Assembly: GCF_044704955.1 (NCBI RefSeq)
Contig: NC_091985.1
Location: forward strand, 64,356,001-64,420,000
Source: Pristiophorus japonicus
Taxonomy: Eukaryota
Reading direction: 5' to 3'
Length of the DNA stretch: 64,000 nucleotides
Program-made: the position numbers and the translations under genes
In this document: piece after piece, positions 35,351-49,100 of the stretch
Numbering within the stretch: the stretch's first letter is position 1
How the letters are laid out: each line of letters starts with the position of its first letter
Notes under the pieces: model-generated
The model's input: the letters and a program-made list of their open reading frames with translations, nothing else
The model's database searches: none
Told to the model about the DNA's origin: nothing

Positions 35351-36607
35351 CTATGCTTACAATGGAGGTTTGCCAGTTATCTTTTTAATTCATTCTCAGG
35401 AAGTGGATGTTGCTGCCCATTCCTAGTTGCCCTGAAAAAGAAATGTTGAACCTTCTTGAACCACTGCAGTCCGTACGGTTACTCTTGTAGCGGTTTGATA
35501 CAACTGAATGACTTACTAGGCCACTTCAGAGTCAACCATGCTGATGTGGGGTTGGAGTCACATATAGGCCAGACTTTTCCTAAAAGGCACCAACAAATAG
35601 TTTTTGCAAAAGTCCAACAGCTTTGTATTCACTTTTTTGTTTTGTGTTTCAAGATTTTTTAAGCTGAATTCAAATTCACCAACTGCTGTGTTCTCTGGAT
35701 TATTAGTCCATGCCTCTCGGTTACTAGTCCAATAACATTCACTGCAGTTGTTGCTAATGAATCTTATTCCTTTTCTAATGAATTTCATATTTTTGAATGT
35801 GAATAGGAATTTTAAAACTGAACTTCAAAAAAAGACAACAATTAATTTTCAAAACAGATTTTTATTAATTCACAAAGAGTTTGTCACCCACATAATATAA
35901 ATGCTCGTGGAATACAGTAAGGTTATCTGAATTTTCCCACCGTTTCCAGGCCTGGAACTAGGCTTCAGGATGGAAGTTTTCTACATCGAGGATCATCAGA
36001 TGTCATGCTGATCTTACATCATGCTTCTAAGATCATTCCTATACTTATGTACTTTTCTTGCAATGCAAAGTCTGTTAACTTGGCAAGTGAACTTAAAAGT
36101 AAGCTCATATGTGAGACATTAAAGCTGTTAGCTTAATTATGGACGGTGTAGTGAATAGCTAATAAATAAGGCTTTAAAAATGAAAATTAAAGATCGCAAA
36201 TTTCGAATTTTATTTTATGCTGCTGATTCTTTATACTTTAGCTTGAGAATTATTTACATTCGATGGCACATGTTCATCATGCGGGATGTATCCCATTTCC
36301 AGATGTTAGATGTAAAATAAAAATCAATAACTTTAGAATGGGAGATATGTGCAGAAAAATGTATATTTAACTGGATTCCTCAGGAATTATGTGCATCTTT
36401 ACATAGAATTTATGAAGCATCACATTATTCATTTTAAAATCCAGACACACCAACAGCTCTGATAAAAGCAGCAACTTTCTGGTTTTATTTACCACCAGTT
36501 GGGAAAAATATTCTCAGCACATTTTGCTTAAGTGATTTTTGATGAAGATGCTTTTTTAGGCTAAAAGTGGCATTCAGAGCCCCTTCCACCATGTGTGCGC
36601 GCGCGGG

Positions 36608-36775
36608 AGAACATAAGAAATAGAAGCAGGAGTAAGCCACCTGGCCCCTCGAGCCTGCTCCGCCATTTAATATCATGGCTGATCTGATCATGGATTCAGC
36701 TCCATTTCCCTGCTCGCTCCCCATAACCTTTTATTCCCTTATCGCTTAAAAATCTATCTCAACCTTAAATATAGG
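36608..36775 (-). mobile_element. Short CR1 3' end
   Basis: gaacataagaaatag tail on + and CR1 3' UTR stem region. Confidence 0.8.
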
Positions 36776-38093
36776 GTAACAGAGCACTCCAGATTAGTAT
36801 ATTTTACATGCCTAAAGTCAAATTTTAAAAAGATTAAAATGGATCAGTCTTTGAATTTAAAATATATTTTGAAAACAGACTTTATGAAATGTTGAATAAT
36901 GTACCTTTGAAAGCATTTCATATATGCAATATTTTATCTGGTATTTGGTAATGTTCCACTGTCTTGGGACTTTCGTTCCACAAGTTTGTTGAGCCTGTAG
37001 TTAGGTACAGTAACACATAACTAGGTAAACATGATTCAAGACTAGTTAGCTAGCTAGAGAATCTCATTGCAAAAGCAACTTCAGTGCTTTTTTCAGCTGC
37101 ATTTTATAATTTCATTAAGATTCATGTAATGTTGCTATGCAATATCTATCAAGTACTGAAAACAATCCATTTTTACTTTGAAAATCCTTTTTATTTCCCA
37201 TTTCTTTGAAATATTTGTTCACTCAGCATTTATTCTTGCCTGTTTCTTAAATTGATTTATCTGACCGTTATATACTTAATGCTGCCATTCATTACTGTTT
37301 GCAATGAGTGTTATTTCTCATTTTAAACCAATGTTTCCAATTTATTCATTTTTTTTTTTAATGCATTTAATTATATCACTGTGGCAGTTTGGTTCTCCTC
37401 CAAATTTCTCCACTCATCCATCTCTCAAAGAAAAATGTGGATCCTATAGGCTTCCGCCACTCCTCTAGCATTTAATTTGAGAATCTGAACAATGAGCTTT
37501 CCTGGACTACTCACTATAGCCAAGCCCAAGCCCATCTTTATCCACCATTGCAGTTTATACAAAACTGTCAGACTAATTGCTTTCCTCTACATAACCTGGG
37601 TATGTTAATATCACCCCTGCTGCCGTCCCAACTAGTATCTACCCAAACACAAATTTGGGACCTTTCTAGCCTGCACAACTAAATGCTCCACCATGTGGTG
37701 AATAAAGCTTTTTTTGGAGGTTTGGAGGGGGGGGAGGGGGGGGGGGGCAGTGCAGTCAACACCTGCACTAATTTCTTTTGGACTACATGCAATGAAACAT
37801 GGTAATGAGCTGTAAGCTGTGTAGTAAACATAGAAGACCATCTTATCTTTTTCTTCTTGCAAGTCCAAGCGACATCTTCACAGGTACTGTTCCTGTCAAA
37901 CTCTCAGAAGACATCAGAAATAGTATCAATTAGATCACAGTTACCATTCTTGACAATTTGAGATAGAACTATTATCAGAAGCTTTGAAAAACATTGGTCA
38001 CCCAAACACCAAGACATTAGAATGCAAAGAAGTTTTACTCTTATTTCTAAACCTGGTTGAAGCAGCCAGAGGTATACTTGTCCAAACAAAATA

Positions 38094-38427
38094 CAGGTTG
38101 AACCTCCCTTATCCGGAACCCTCGGAACCTGGCCTGTTCTAGATAAGGGACTTTTCCGGACGAGGGATGGTCATGTAAAATTGGATGGTCTCAGGTACTG
38201 AGAAAGGGGATATCAGGGCTGGCTGGCTTGGGAGTGCGGCAGAGAGATCATGGAAGGGGGGCGGTGGATCGCGGGGTCAGGCCAGCGATTGCGGGAGTCG
38301 GCAGCAAGGAAGGACTTCAATTTGTTCATGGCGGAGCTGTGTGCATGCGGCACCCGGTGGCCGGGAATGGTTCCGGACGAGGGGCGGTTCCGGATAAGGG
38401 AGTTCTGGATAAGGGAGGTTCAACCTG
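38094..38427. mobile_element. Tc1/mariner (pogo/Tigger-like) MITE
   Basis: TA-CAGGTTGAACCTCCCTTATCC...GGATAAGGGAGGTTCAACCTG-TA: TIRs with TA target duplication. Confidence 0.9.
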
Positions 38428-39169
38428 TACAAACAAAGCGAGGATGAACACAGCAAAATCATTCCACTGATTTGCCTCTGTCTGACTTCCTCTCCTTTCC
38501 AAGGTGGCACTCAAGGTGGGGTATGGTTCTACACACATCTGTAGCCTCTTGGTACCGTACATAACTACTTCTGGAATGAAAGGACACATTTGGTCCATGA
38601 AGCCAGTGCATCCCAAGACCAAAGATTAAGTTATTAATTAATATGGATTTCTCTTCCTACACTGTTCATTTCTTTAACACATTCTTTTCCCCACCTCTCC
38701 AGGTGTAACTAAATATCAAGCAGGGTCATTACTATCTCTAAAACACATATCCTCTTGTTCACTCTATGCATCAGCCATCTTATTAATTTTAATTTATTTT
38801 TGTTTGTTTTGTTGGTTGGGTCACTCTGAGTGTTTAGTGCTGTTGCCCCTTTAAGGAAAGCACCTGTTTATTCCAGGGGCTGAATTTAGCCAAACCCTAC
38901 AATTCTCATTAGCCTATCTTAAATAGGTCCCCTTCATGTTGTACACATTTATTATTACCTGTTCCTATATTACCCTACATTTTTCCACGTTAAATTCCGC
39001 CATATCTCATCTCACTCATGTAACTGTTTCAAATGATCAATCATTACTTGCCAGCATATCTATATCATCAAATACTACCAAACTAGATATCCTTTTCCAT
39101 ATCAATCACACATATTGTGAACAAAAGGTGCCCTAGAAGATATCTGTGAAACATCACTAATTACTCTTT

Positions 39170-39900
39170 CCTAGGAGGAACATATACCATTTATCACTGC
39201 CTTCTTAAGTTAATGCTCAATCCAATTAGACAATGTATCTATGCCATAAGCTTTTATCCTTCCCTATTAGTCGCACGTGAGGAACGTTGACAAATGTCTT
39301 GAAAATCAAAATTAATTACAACTGCTCCATTACCCTTGTCCATTATCTTAGTTACCTGCTCAAGGAATTCCTATATTGTATGCCATGATTCTTACTTTTA
39401 AAACAATGCCAACTCTTTTAGATGTTCATTTGCAGCATCCTGTAGAATACCTCAAGCAGTTTTCCCACTTTGGATGTGAAGTTAACCAGCAGCCTGCAAT
39501 GATTAATTTTGTGCCTTAATTCTTTGACTATTGGAGTTACATTTGCTATTCACCAACCCTCAAGTATTATCCCAGTAGTTCTGGGGTTCTTAAAAATACC
39601 ATAATTTCTTCAATGCATTGAGGTTTCCCATCTGGTCCAGGTGCCTTGTGAATGTTTAATCCTTCAAGTTCCTGCATAACATATTTTCCAACTTTTAAGC
39701 CTTACAGATTGTTCAGGTCCATTTACTTTGGTATTTATCTATAGTCCCCTTTTGTGAAAAGATACGATATTTGATATATCTGCCATATCTTGGTCACCTG
39801 TAACAATCTGTCCCACTCATTCTTTGACCTTTCCCCTATTAACATAATTGTGAAACTGTTTTGGGTCCCTCTTGCGTGATCTGTTTCTCTTGTATTTTTC
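39170..39900 (-). mobile_element. Highly degenerate CR1 RT fragment
   Basis: Remnants of DFQ.AFD, PGPDG and LTS.VGK motifs on the - strand. Confidence 0.55.
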
Positions 39901-39975
39901 TAATAAGTGTCCATTTTTCTGTGAGCCCAAAAAGTAAGTGCTGATAGACTATTTGATCGGTGGGGACATTACAGC

Positions 39976-42900
39976 CATAAGAACGTAAGAATTAGGAACA
40001 GGAGTAGGCCATCTAGCCCCGAGAGCCTGCTCCGCCATTCAACAAGATCATGGCTGATCTGGCCATGGACTCAGCTCCACTTACCCGCCCGCTCCCCGTA
40101 ACCCTTAATTCCCTTATTGGTTAAAAATCTATCTGTGATTTGAATACATTCAATGAGCTAGCCTCAACTGCTTCCTTGGGCAGAGAATTCCACAGATTCA
40201 CAACCCTCTGGGAGAAGAAATTCCTTCTCAACTCGGTTTTAAATTGGCTCCCCCGTATTTTGAGGCTGTGCCCCCAAGTTCTAGTCTCCCCGACCAGTGG
40301 AAACAACCTCTCTGCCTCGATCTTGTCTATCCCTTTCATTATTTTAAATGTTTCTGTAAGATCACCCCTCATCCTTCTAAACTCCAACGAGTAAAGACCC
40401 AGTCTGCTCAATCTATCATCATAAGGTAACCCTCTCATCTCCGGAATCAGTCTAGTGAATCGTCTCTGTACCCCCTCCAAAGCTAGTATATCCTTCCTTA
40501 AGTAAGGTGACCAAATCTGCACGCAGTACTCCAGGTGCGGCCTCACTAATACCCTATACAGTTGCAGCAGGACCTCCCTGCTTTTGTACTCCATCCCTCT
40601 CGCAATGAAGGCCAACATTCCATTCGCCTTCCTGATTACCTGCTGCACCTGCAAACTAACTTTTTGGGATTCATCTCCAGGTCCCTCTGCACCGCAGCAT
40701 GTTGTAATTTCTCCGCAATAAAATAATATTCATTTTACTGGGTTTTTTTCCCCCAAGGTGGATGACCTCACATTTTCCGACATTGTATTCCATCTGCCAA
40801 ACCTTAGCCCATTCGCTTAACCTATCTAAATCTCTTTGCAGCCTCTCTGTGTCCTCTACACAACCCGCTTTCCCACTAATCTTTGTGTCATCTGCAAATT
40901 TTGTTACACTAGACTCTGTCCCCTCTTCCAGGTCATCCATGTATATTGTAAACAGTTGTGGTCCCAGCACCGATCCCTGTGGCACACCACTAACCACCGA
41001 TTTCCAACCCGAAAAGGACCCATTTATCCCGACTCTCTGCTTTCTGTTCGCCAGCCAATTCTCGATCCATGCTAATACATTTCCTCTGACTCCGCGTACC
41101 TCTATCTTCTGCAGTAACCTTTTGTGTGGCACCTTATCGAATGCCTTTTGGAAATCTAAATACACCACATCCAACGGAACACCTCTATCCACCATGCTCG
41201 TTATATCCTCAAAGAATTCCAGTAAATTAGTTAAACATGATTTCCCCTTCATGAATCCATGTTGTGTCTGCTTGATTGCACTATTCCTATCTAGATGTCC
41301 CGCTATTTCTTCCTTAATGATAGCTTCAAGCATTTTCCCCACTACAGATGTTAAACTAACTGGCCTATAGTTACCTGCCTTTTGTCTGCCCCCTTTTTTA
41401 AACAGAGGCGTTACATTAGCTGCTTTCCAATCCGCTGGTACCTCCCCAGAGTCCAGAGAATTTTGGTAGATTATAACGAATGCATCTGCTATAACTTCCG
41501 CCATCTCTTTTAATACCCTGGGATGCATTTCATCCGGACCAGGGGACTTGTCTACCTTGAGTCCCATTAGCCTATCCAGCAGTACCCTCCTAGTGATAGT
41601 GATTATCTCAAGGTCCTCCCCTCCCACATTCCCGTGACCAGCAATTTTTGGCATGGTTTTTGTGTCTTCCACTGTGAAGACCGAAGCAAAATAATTGTTT
41701 AAGGTCTGAGCCATTTCCACATTTCCCATTATTAAATCCCCCTTCTCATCTTCTAAGGGACCAACATTTACTTTAGTCACTCTTTTCCGTTTTATATATC
41801 GATAAAAGCTTTTACTATCTGTTTTTATGTTTTGCGCAAGTTTACTTTCGTAATCTATTTTTCCTTTCTTTATTGCTTTCTGAGTCATTCTTTGCCGTCG
41901 TTTAAAATTTTCCCAATCTTCGAGTTTCCCACTAACCGTGGCCACCTTATACGCATTGGTTTTTAATTTGATACTCTCCCTTATTTCCTTGGTTATCCAC
42001 GGCTGGTTATCCCTTCTCTTACCGCCCTTTTTTTTCACTGGAATATATTTTTGTTGAGCACTATGAAAGAGCTCCTTAAAAGTCCTCCACTGTTCCTCAA
42101 TTATGCCACCGTTTAGTCTGTGTTTCCAGTCTACTTTAGCCAACTCTGCCCTCATCCCATTTGTAGTCCCCTTTGTTTAAGCAAAGCACGCTCATTTGAG
42201 ACACTATTTCCTCACCCTCAATCTGTATTACAAATTCAACCATACTGTGATCACTCATTCCGAGAGGATCTTTTACTAGGAGATCGTTTATTATTCCTGT
42301 CTAATTACACAGGACCAGATCTAAGATAGCTTGCTCCCTTGCAGGTTCTGTAACATACTGTTCCAAGAAACAATCCCTTATGCATTCTATGAATTCCTCC
42401 TCAAGGCTACCCCGTGCGATTTGATTTGACCAATCGATATGTAGGTTAAAATCCCCCATGATTGCTGCCGTTCCTTTTTCACATGCCTCCATTATTCCCT
42501 TGATTATTGCCCGCCCCACCATGAAGTTAATATTTGGGGGCCTATAAACTACACCCACCAGTGACTTTTTCCCCTTACTATCTCTAATCTCCACCCACAA
42601 TGATTCAACATTTTGTTCATTAGAGCCAATATCGTGTCTCACAACTGCCCTGATATCATCTTTTATTAACAGAGCTACCCCACCTCCTTTTCCTTCTTGT
42701 CTATCTTTCCGAATTGTCAGATACCCCTGTATGTTTAATTCCCAGTCTTGGCTCCCCCTGCAACCACGTTTCTGTAATGGCCACCAAATCATACCCATTT
42801 GTAATGATTTGTGCCGTCAACTCATTTACTTTATTTTGAATGCTGAATGCGTTTAGGTGGAGTGCTTTAATACTAGTTTTTAAACCATGATTTTGAGTTT

Positions 42901-43315
42901 TGACCCCTCGTGCAGCCCCTTTTTATTCATACATATTGTCCCTTCCTGTCACCTTGTGGTTTACACTTACCCCAGTGCTACTCTGCTCTGTTGCCTCCTG
43001 CCTTTTGCATTCTTTCTTGGGGTCCTGTTCATCTGAGTTCTCACCCACTCTAACTAGCTCAGAGCCCTGTTCTGGGTTCCGAATACTCCTTGCATTGAGG
43101 CACCGAGCTTTCATGCTTGCCCTTTTATTACACTTTGACCCTTTAGAATTTTGCTGTACAGTGGCCCTTTTTGTTTTTTGCCTTGGGTTTCTCTGCCCTC
43201 CACTTTTACTCATCTCCTTTTTGTCTTTTGCTTCTGTCTCCATTTTGTTTTCCTCCCTCTCCCTGCATTGGTTCCCATCCCCCTGCCATATTAGTTTAAT
43301 TCCTCCCTAACAGCC
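39976..43315 (-). mobile_element. CR1 LINE (TTCTTATG family), truncated at the ORF1/ORF2 junction, with a chimeric ORF2 N-terminus
   Basis: 494-aa RT ORF at 40671-42155; endonuclease fragments at 42301-42870; ACAGCCA repeated at both ends (39971 and 43310). Confidence 0.95.
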
Positions 43316-43319
43316 AGGC

Positions 43320-44090
43320 TGGATTCCATTGTCACCCAACATCAAGTCTCGGTGAGTCAATATTTCCTCAGCTCAAGGTTGGCAAAACTAAAACTATTGT
43401 TTTCAGCTCCAGCCAGCACCTATGTGCCTCTGGTGCCGACTCATCAATTCCACGGCTGCCATCAGTCTGAATCCAGCAGTACACAATCTCAGCTGCCTGT
43501 TTGACTTCTGGCTGACCTTTTTATCCCACATACAGTCCACTACCAAGACTATATTTCTTCACTGCTGCAGCACTGCCTGCTTATGATCTACCTCAAAGCT
43601 GCAAAAACCGTAATCTATGCCTTCTTCACCCAGAGAACTGACTTTTCAAGTGCTCTCATCCTCTACTCCACCACCAAACCAGCTAATCCAAAACTCAACA
43701 GCTCAATTCTTTTTCACATCCCTGCTGAGCTCTGCTGGCTAGCTGTGCTCTAATATATCTGCAATTCCCTCCATCGCCTTGTTCCGCCCTGTCTGAGCGA
43801 TCTTCTTCAGTCATATGTCCCTCCACTTCTCTGACCCCAGTTTAGTACTTGCTCCCCACTCCATCATCAAAGGCCCATCCATTTAGTCACTGCCCCCTGT
43901 GTTCAAATTCCAAAACTATTTTGTCATTCCATCTCCCTCCCACTTTCAAGCCTTCTTAAAATCTCTCTCTTCAAACATGCTTTCCTTGCCATTAAATTCA
44001 TCTTTTTCCTGCTTGGTGTCCACCTATTTGTTTTGTGATGCACTCTAAGGCTTTCTTAACCTGAGAAGCAGATTATAACTACAAATTGTG
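43320..44090 (+). mobile_element. Old L2 LINE 3' fragment
   Basis: Remnants resembling FPQLKVGKTKTIVF and LIQNS; similar to 17735-18243. Confidence 0.6.
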
Positions 44091-46057
44091 ATGCTGCTGA
44101 CAACTTTCACGTTTTCTAACGTAGGGCTATTGGGCAGCAACCTTAGTTGATTTTCCCCCTCCTCTAGTCAGGAACACTGACCAACTATTGTGCCTCACAG
44201 CTGCCTGAGCACAGCCAGTGATCATCATTGTCTATATGGCTCAGTATTAAAACACAAAAGTGCATTTACCTACTGAGTCATTGTGGCATTTAAAATCATG
44301 CTATTTGTAGCAAGAACAGCAGTTTAAAGGACAGTAGCTACTTCACAATTGGGCTAATCAACATTATTTTGCACAGGTTCAGGTAACACCACTAAATAAA
44401 GAAAATGATTATGCAAAAACTTCTCACCTGAATTCAGTGCTCAAGCCTTCCCAGTCGTCTCAGCATCTCCATAGGCCACACAGGGTGCAATACCTATATT
44501 ACCCTTCAGGAGACAACAACAGCATCAATCTTACACCACAGTAAAAGGTGGTGATTAAAATTAAATTTAATAATCACATGCAATATTGAAGATGAAAATT
44601 AGAAAAATTGGTTAACAGGCTTATTGCATGAACAGCCTAAAAAAACTTAAGAGCAGGTTTTAAATTGGACAAAATTCAAATCACTACATTTTAATTACCT
44701 ACAGATCTTGTTTCAACGGTTAGGTCTATAAATTAAAGTATTAATCTCTTCTAATGCTACCTTTTAATATTAATATATTACTGGAAGCCAGGTATGTAGT
44801 GGGACATGCCCACATAAAATTTAGTTAACCATACCTTAACAAATTATTGTCTCTTCGTATATACAATTCCTGCTTGCAGATTTAAGACCCAAGGTAGAGC
44901 TAGCCTAAGGTTAACTTGAACAGCACACTGGTCAGAAGATAGAATTCAGCCCTCAGCACAAAGGAAACTAGCAAGGTTCGTTGTTAAACGAACTGCTTTA
45001 GTGGCAAGTTAGGTTGTGATCCTCCTGGAAGATGGCAGGCTGTTCCATAATACTTTTTCCCGTTGTTACGTTATGTTTCTCTGCCACTAACATGGCAACA
45101 TTAGAAAGAATTACAGTTGTTCATTAAATTCTTTGCAGCAAATACTGATAACACTTTCATTAGAATATTCATATGAATATATGGTAAAAGTTACTATACA
45201 TTACTTCATTAAAATATTCAAATGAATGTAGTTAGATACATTAACTGTCTAACATTTTTGTTTGTCAAACATAACATGTTACACTTCAATTGTTGTTTAA
45301 TAACAAAATCAAAAGGGTCAAGCTGCATTGTATAGATATTTTGGGAAAATGAATTTAAAACCCTTTGAAATTCACAATTGTTTTAAATATTTTTTTTATT
45401 TTCTCAGGAGTTTTTCATTATGCTCTTTCTGGTTCAGAAAGTAACATTAATCCACATTTACTTCAATTACATTATTTAGTGTTTATAACAGTTCAAAAGT
45501 TAAAACAGTGTGATTTTGTTTCCACGTATGGAATAATCCAGCCATTAACTACTTTTACTTTACATTGTTACTTGCTGTCAGTATTTTCAAATTTAAAAAC
45601 ACTTCACTTCTATAAAATAAGGATGCACAAGCAATATTTCTAGACAAACAACATTATTAAAACAATCACAGCTACCTAAGCTAAAATAGCTGCACAAAAG
45701 TATTTTCAAACTGCATAAAAGTAGACTGCATGATTCTTTACAAAGATAAATGCTTGACCTCGGCAGAGACATCTAGACATAAAACATGAATGGTATTTAA
45801 TCATTCAAGATTTGTGTGTGCATGAGGCACCGAAAGGAGTCCATACAGCTTATATAAAACAATGCTTCGAAAGTCCAAGGAGTCACAGAAATATATATTT
45901 GTATGGCTTGTGCCATCTGGTGCATGAGGGCTGCTGCAAATATTGTTGACAAGTCTCAACTAAGTTTCTTTGCCAGCTTTACTATTTGCTGTTCCTAGTC
46001 CGGCCATCTCAAAACTTTTTGTGTGCGCCCCACTATACAATTTAACAGTAAGTGGCT

Positions 46058-46148
46058 TTAAAAGCGTCTGCCACCTGGCGGTCCAGGCCATCTCTGGCCC
46101 CGTCCAGGTGGCGGAGGTGGCGGCGGCACACCAGGTCCATTGTGAAAG
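46058..46148 (-). CDS. RGG/Pro gene coding exon 5 (stop)
   Basis: Encodes [29 protein letters not shown]; pyrimidine tract followed by acacag acceptor. Confidence 0.85.
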
Positions 46149-49100
46149 CTGTGTAAAAGGATAAAATCACAATTTTTTTTGTTTTATGGTGTACTTTTCT
46201 TTATTAAAAAAATTAAAGCTAGTTATAAAAATCGAACAGTTACACTATTTTTAATTATTTTATACACTAAATAGTAATTTGTAACATTCTTGACATGCAG
46301 ATTTTTATAGGCTTCCAAAATATAACATTACTCACTACATTAAGGGCTAATTACAAAAATTAGATCCAAGTATTTTGTTTTAACTTAGAGAAGAAGAATT
46401 TACAACGTTTTGGGAAAATGATCCCACACAACAAGCCTGAGATTCACTTACCCTCTCCGAGGTGGGAAAACCCCTCTTCGCATGCCTCTACCTCGAATAA
46501 AGGGGGGTCTTCCTCTGAAGCGCATTGGTCCTGGAGGAGGAGGAAGGGGTAGTGGTGGAGGAGGAGGAGGAGGAGGAGGAGGAGGGCCACCACTCCTAAA
46601 TCTGCAAGACAATTATCAAATATTAATAACCAAAGAAAGCAAATCAAAACATATTTTATTGAAACTAGAGTGAAGGTGAAGTTCTAAGCAACTGAATGAG
46701 GCTACAGAGGGTGGGGACAGTTGGAGTCGGAACATATAGAAAGTCACATTCTCAGCTTAGGATTTGTAATAAAAATATTGACATTTTCATTGCTTAGTAA
46801 TACAACAGACTGCATATCTTTTCTGCTAAAATCCCTTGCAAGCCATATCCTTACAATCACGAAAATTTGAATGAGCCGCACAGCCAGTTAAAGGAACCAC
46901 GCACAAAAAAAACATTAGAGGGAACATTGGCCTTGATCTAACTGAATTGCAGAACTGGCTTGAGGGGCTGAATGACTGTACAGTATCCAGTTATGCTGTA
47001 CCAAATCTAGTAGGATTTGATGTCAACATTAATTGCCCAAAATAAAACTTTTACTCTCCAGCATAAACACCTTTCATTGATTTGCCAATGCAGGTCAGCA
47101 ACCACAGGGGTGTTGGATGAGCAGCACTTGGTGCAGGATAGGATACAGGAAACAGAGTTTTTGATGAGTGGAGATTTATGGAGGTTGGGGGATAGGAAGC
47201 TGCCTAGGAGAGCATTAGAATAGTTGAGTGTCCACATGGATGAGGGTTTCAGTAGCAGATTGGCAGGGGCAGAGATGGGCAAATAGAGACGTGAAAGTAG
47301 GCAGTCTTTCTGATGGAAAGTATATGAGGCAGGTGGCTCTGTTCAGGGTTAAATAGCATGCCAAGATTGCAAACAGTTAGCTTCAACTTGAGACAGGGGC
47401 CGGGGAAGGGATGGAATCGCTGGCGAGGGAATAGAGCTTGTGGCAGAGGCCAAAGACGGTGTTTAACTAGAGGTTAATTGCAGCTTATCTAGGACTAGAT
47501 GTCAGACAAGCAGTCTGACCACACAGAGGCAGTTGAGGGTCCATTTGGGTTTATTTGGCAGTATTGGCATACTTTCATATTCTCTGTTCACATCAGGGCC
47601 ATGGCAAACCAATCAATTGCTGCTGGTGCCTGAATGGATTAAAATTTTGCCCTAAAGTTCATTTATCCATATTTTAGGGGTCATCTGTGTGCAATTTCAT
47701 ATTTCTGATATGGAAAATAGCCTTGCTGCTGGTACTCGTTTCTGCCTAAAGAATAAGCAATGTTCAAGTTCTTGATTTATGCAACTTGTATGGAGAGACA
47801 AAATAATTCTAATGATGCATGAAAGGTGTCCCATTCAAAAGAAGAAACCCTTACAATTTAACCATCTTTGCTGTATTTAAAACACCACCTTCTGTTAAAT
47901 TACAGCTTGCAACATCCAAGCTTCATCCATTTAATGTCTACTAGCTTTAAAGATTTCAATCTCTCTAGTAATGCAACTTAAGTTCAGTAAGTTGTGAATG
48001 TTCCAGTCTTGTCCTTGCACATGATCTGGCTCAGGGGTTCTCACCAAAGTGTTACCAATTCTCTATCAAATCCTACAATTCCTTACCTTGGTGGGGGTGG
48101 GAAAGGCATATCTCCTCGTCCACCAAATGGACATTCCATCCCTCTCCTCATAAGTAGTGGTCCATGCCTAGGCGGACCTCTTCGACCACGAGGATCTGGG
48201 TATGGGCGCATTCTAGTATTTCCCATACCACGTCTAAAACAGAAAACATATTTTAACTCTCAAAATGAGTAAACACAATTCACATAAAGTTAACATTTTT
48301 AACTATGACCATAAAATCTGTTAAAATTAAACTCTCTCAAACTTTTTTTTGTGTGAATCAAAGTGCCCAAGTTAGCACCAAGAAAATAGAACTTACTATT
48401 CATGCACCCAGTGTCAGCAAACATTCAGTTAGATGCAGAATGAAACTCCCTCTATTCTACCCCAACAAAATAATATAATTTTAAGTATTTTACATATTAT
48501 AATTAAAATAATGGATAATGTTAAAAGCTTTGCCAGTCAGAATGGAAGGAGTCAAAACATCCTATAGATCTGGCACAGGCACGATGGGCTGAATGGCCTC
48601 CTTCTGTGCTGTAAGATTCTATGATTCTCCGTGACACAAACAGTGGTTAATTGGGAAAATACACCACATGGATTGCCAGTGAGCCATACAGATCATAAGA
48701 ACATAAGAAATAGGAGAAGGAGTAGGACATGCGCCATTCAATAAGATTAGGGCTGATCTTCTACATCAACTTCACTTTCTTTCCCTATCCCTATATCCCT
48801 TAATGCTCCTAAATATATCGATCTCAGTCTTGAATATACATAGGATTACATACGTTATACAGCACAGAAACAGGCCATTCAGCCCAACCAGTCCAGGCTG
48901 GCGTTTATGCTCCACTCGAGCCTCCTCCCTTCATTCCTCATCTAAATTCATCCACATAACCCTCTATTCCCTTCTCGCTCATATGCTTGTCTAGCCTACC
49001 CTTAAATGCATCTATACTATTCGCTTCAATCACTCCATGTGGTAGCGAGTTTCACATTCTCACCACTCTTTGGGTAAACTTTCTTCTGAATTCCTTATTG

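Noticed and set aside
37904-38622. Minus-strand ORFs on either side of the MITE as an interrupted gene
   Set aside because: Removing the MITE extends the frame only about 14 codons before a stop, and I recognise no domain
44428-44530. C/D-box snoRNA candidate on - (TGATG...CTGA)
   Set aside because: No complete RUGAUGA C box and no terminal stem; better explained as a possible exon or chance
46482-46673. Plus-strand glycine-rich ORF ([11 protein letters not shown]...)
   Set aside because: It is the reverse complement of the polyproline exon; splice signals and neighbouring exons support the minus strand
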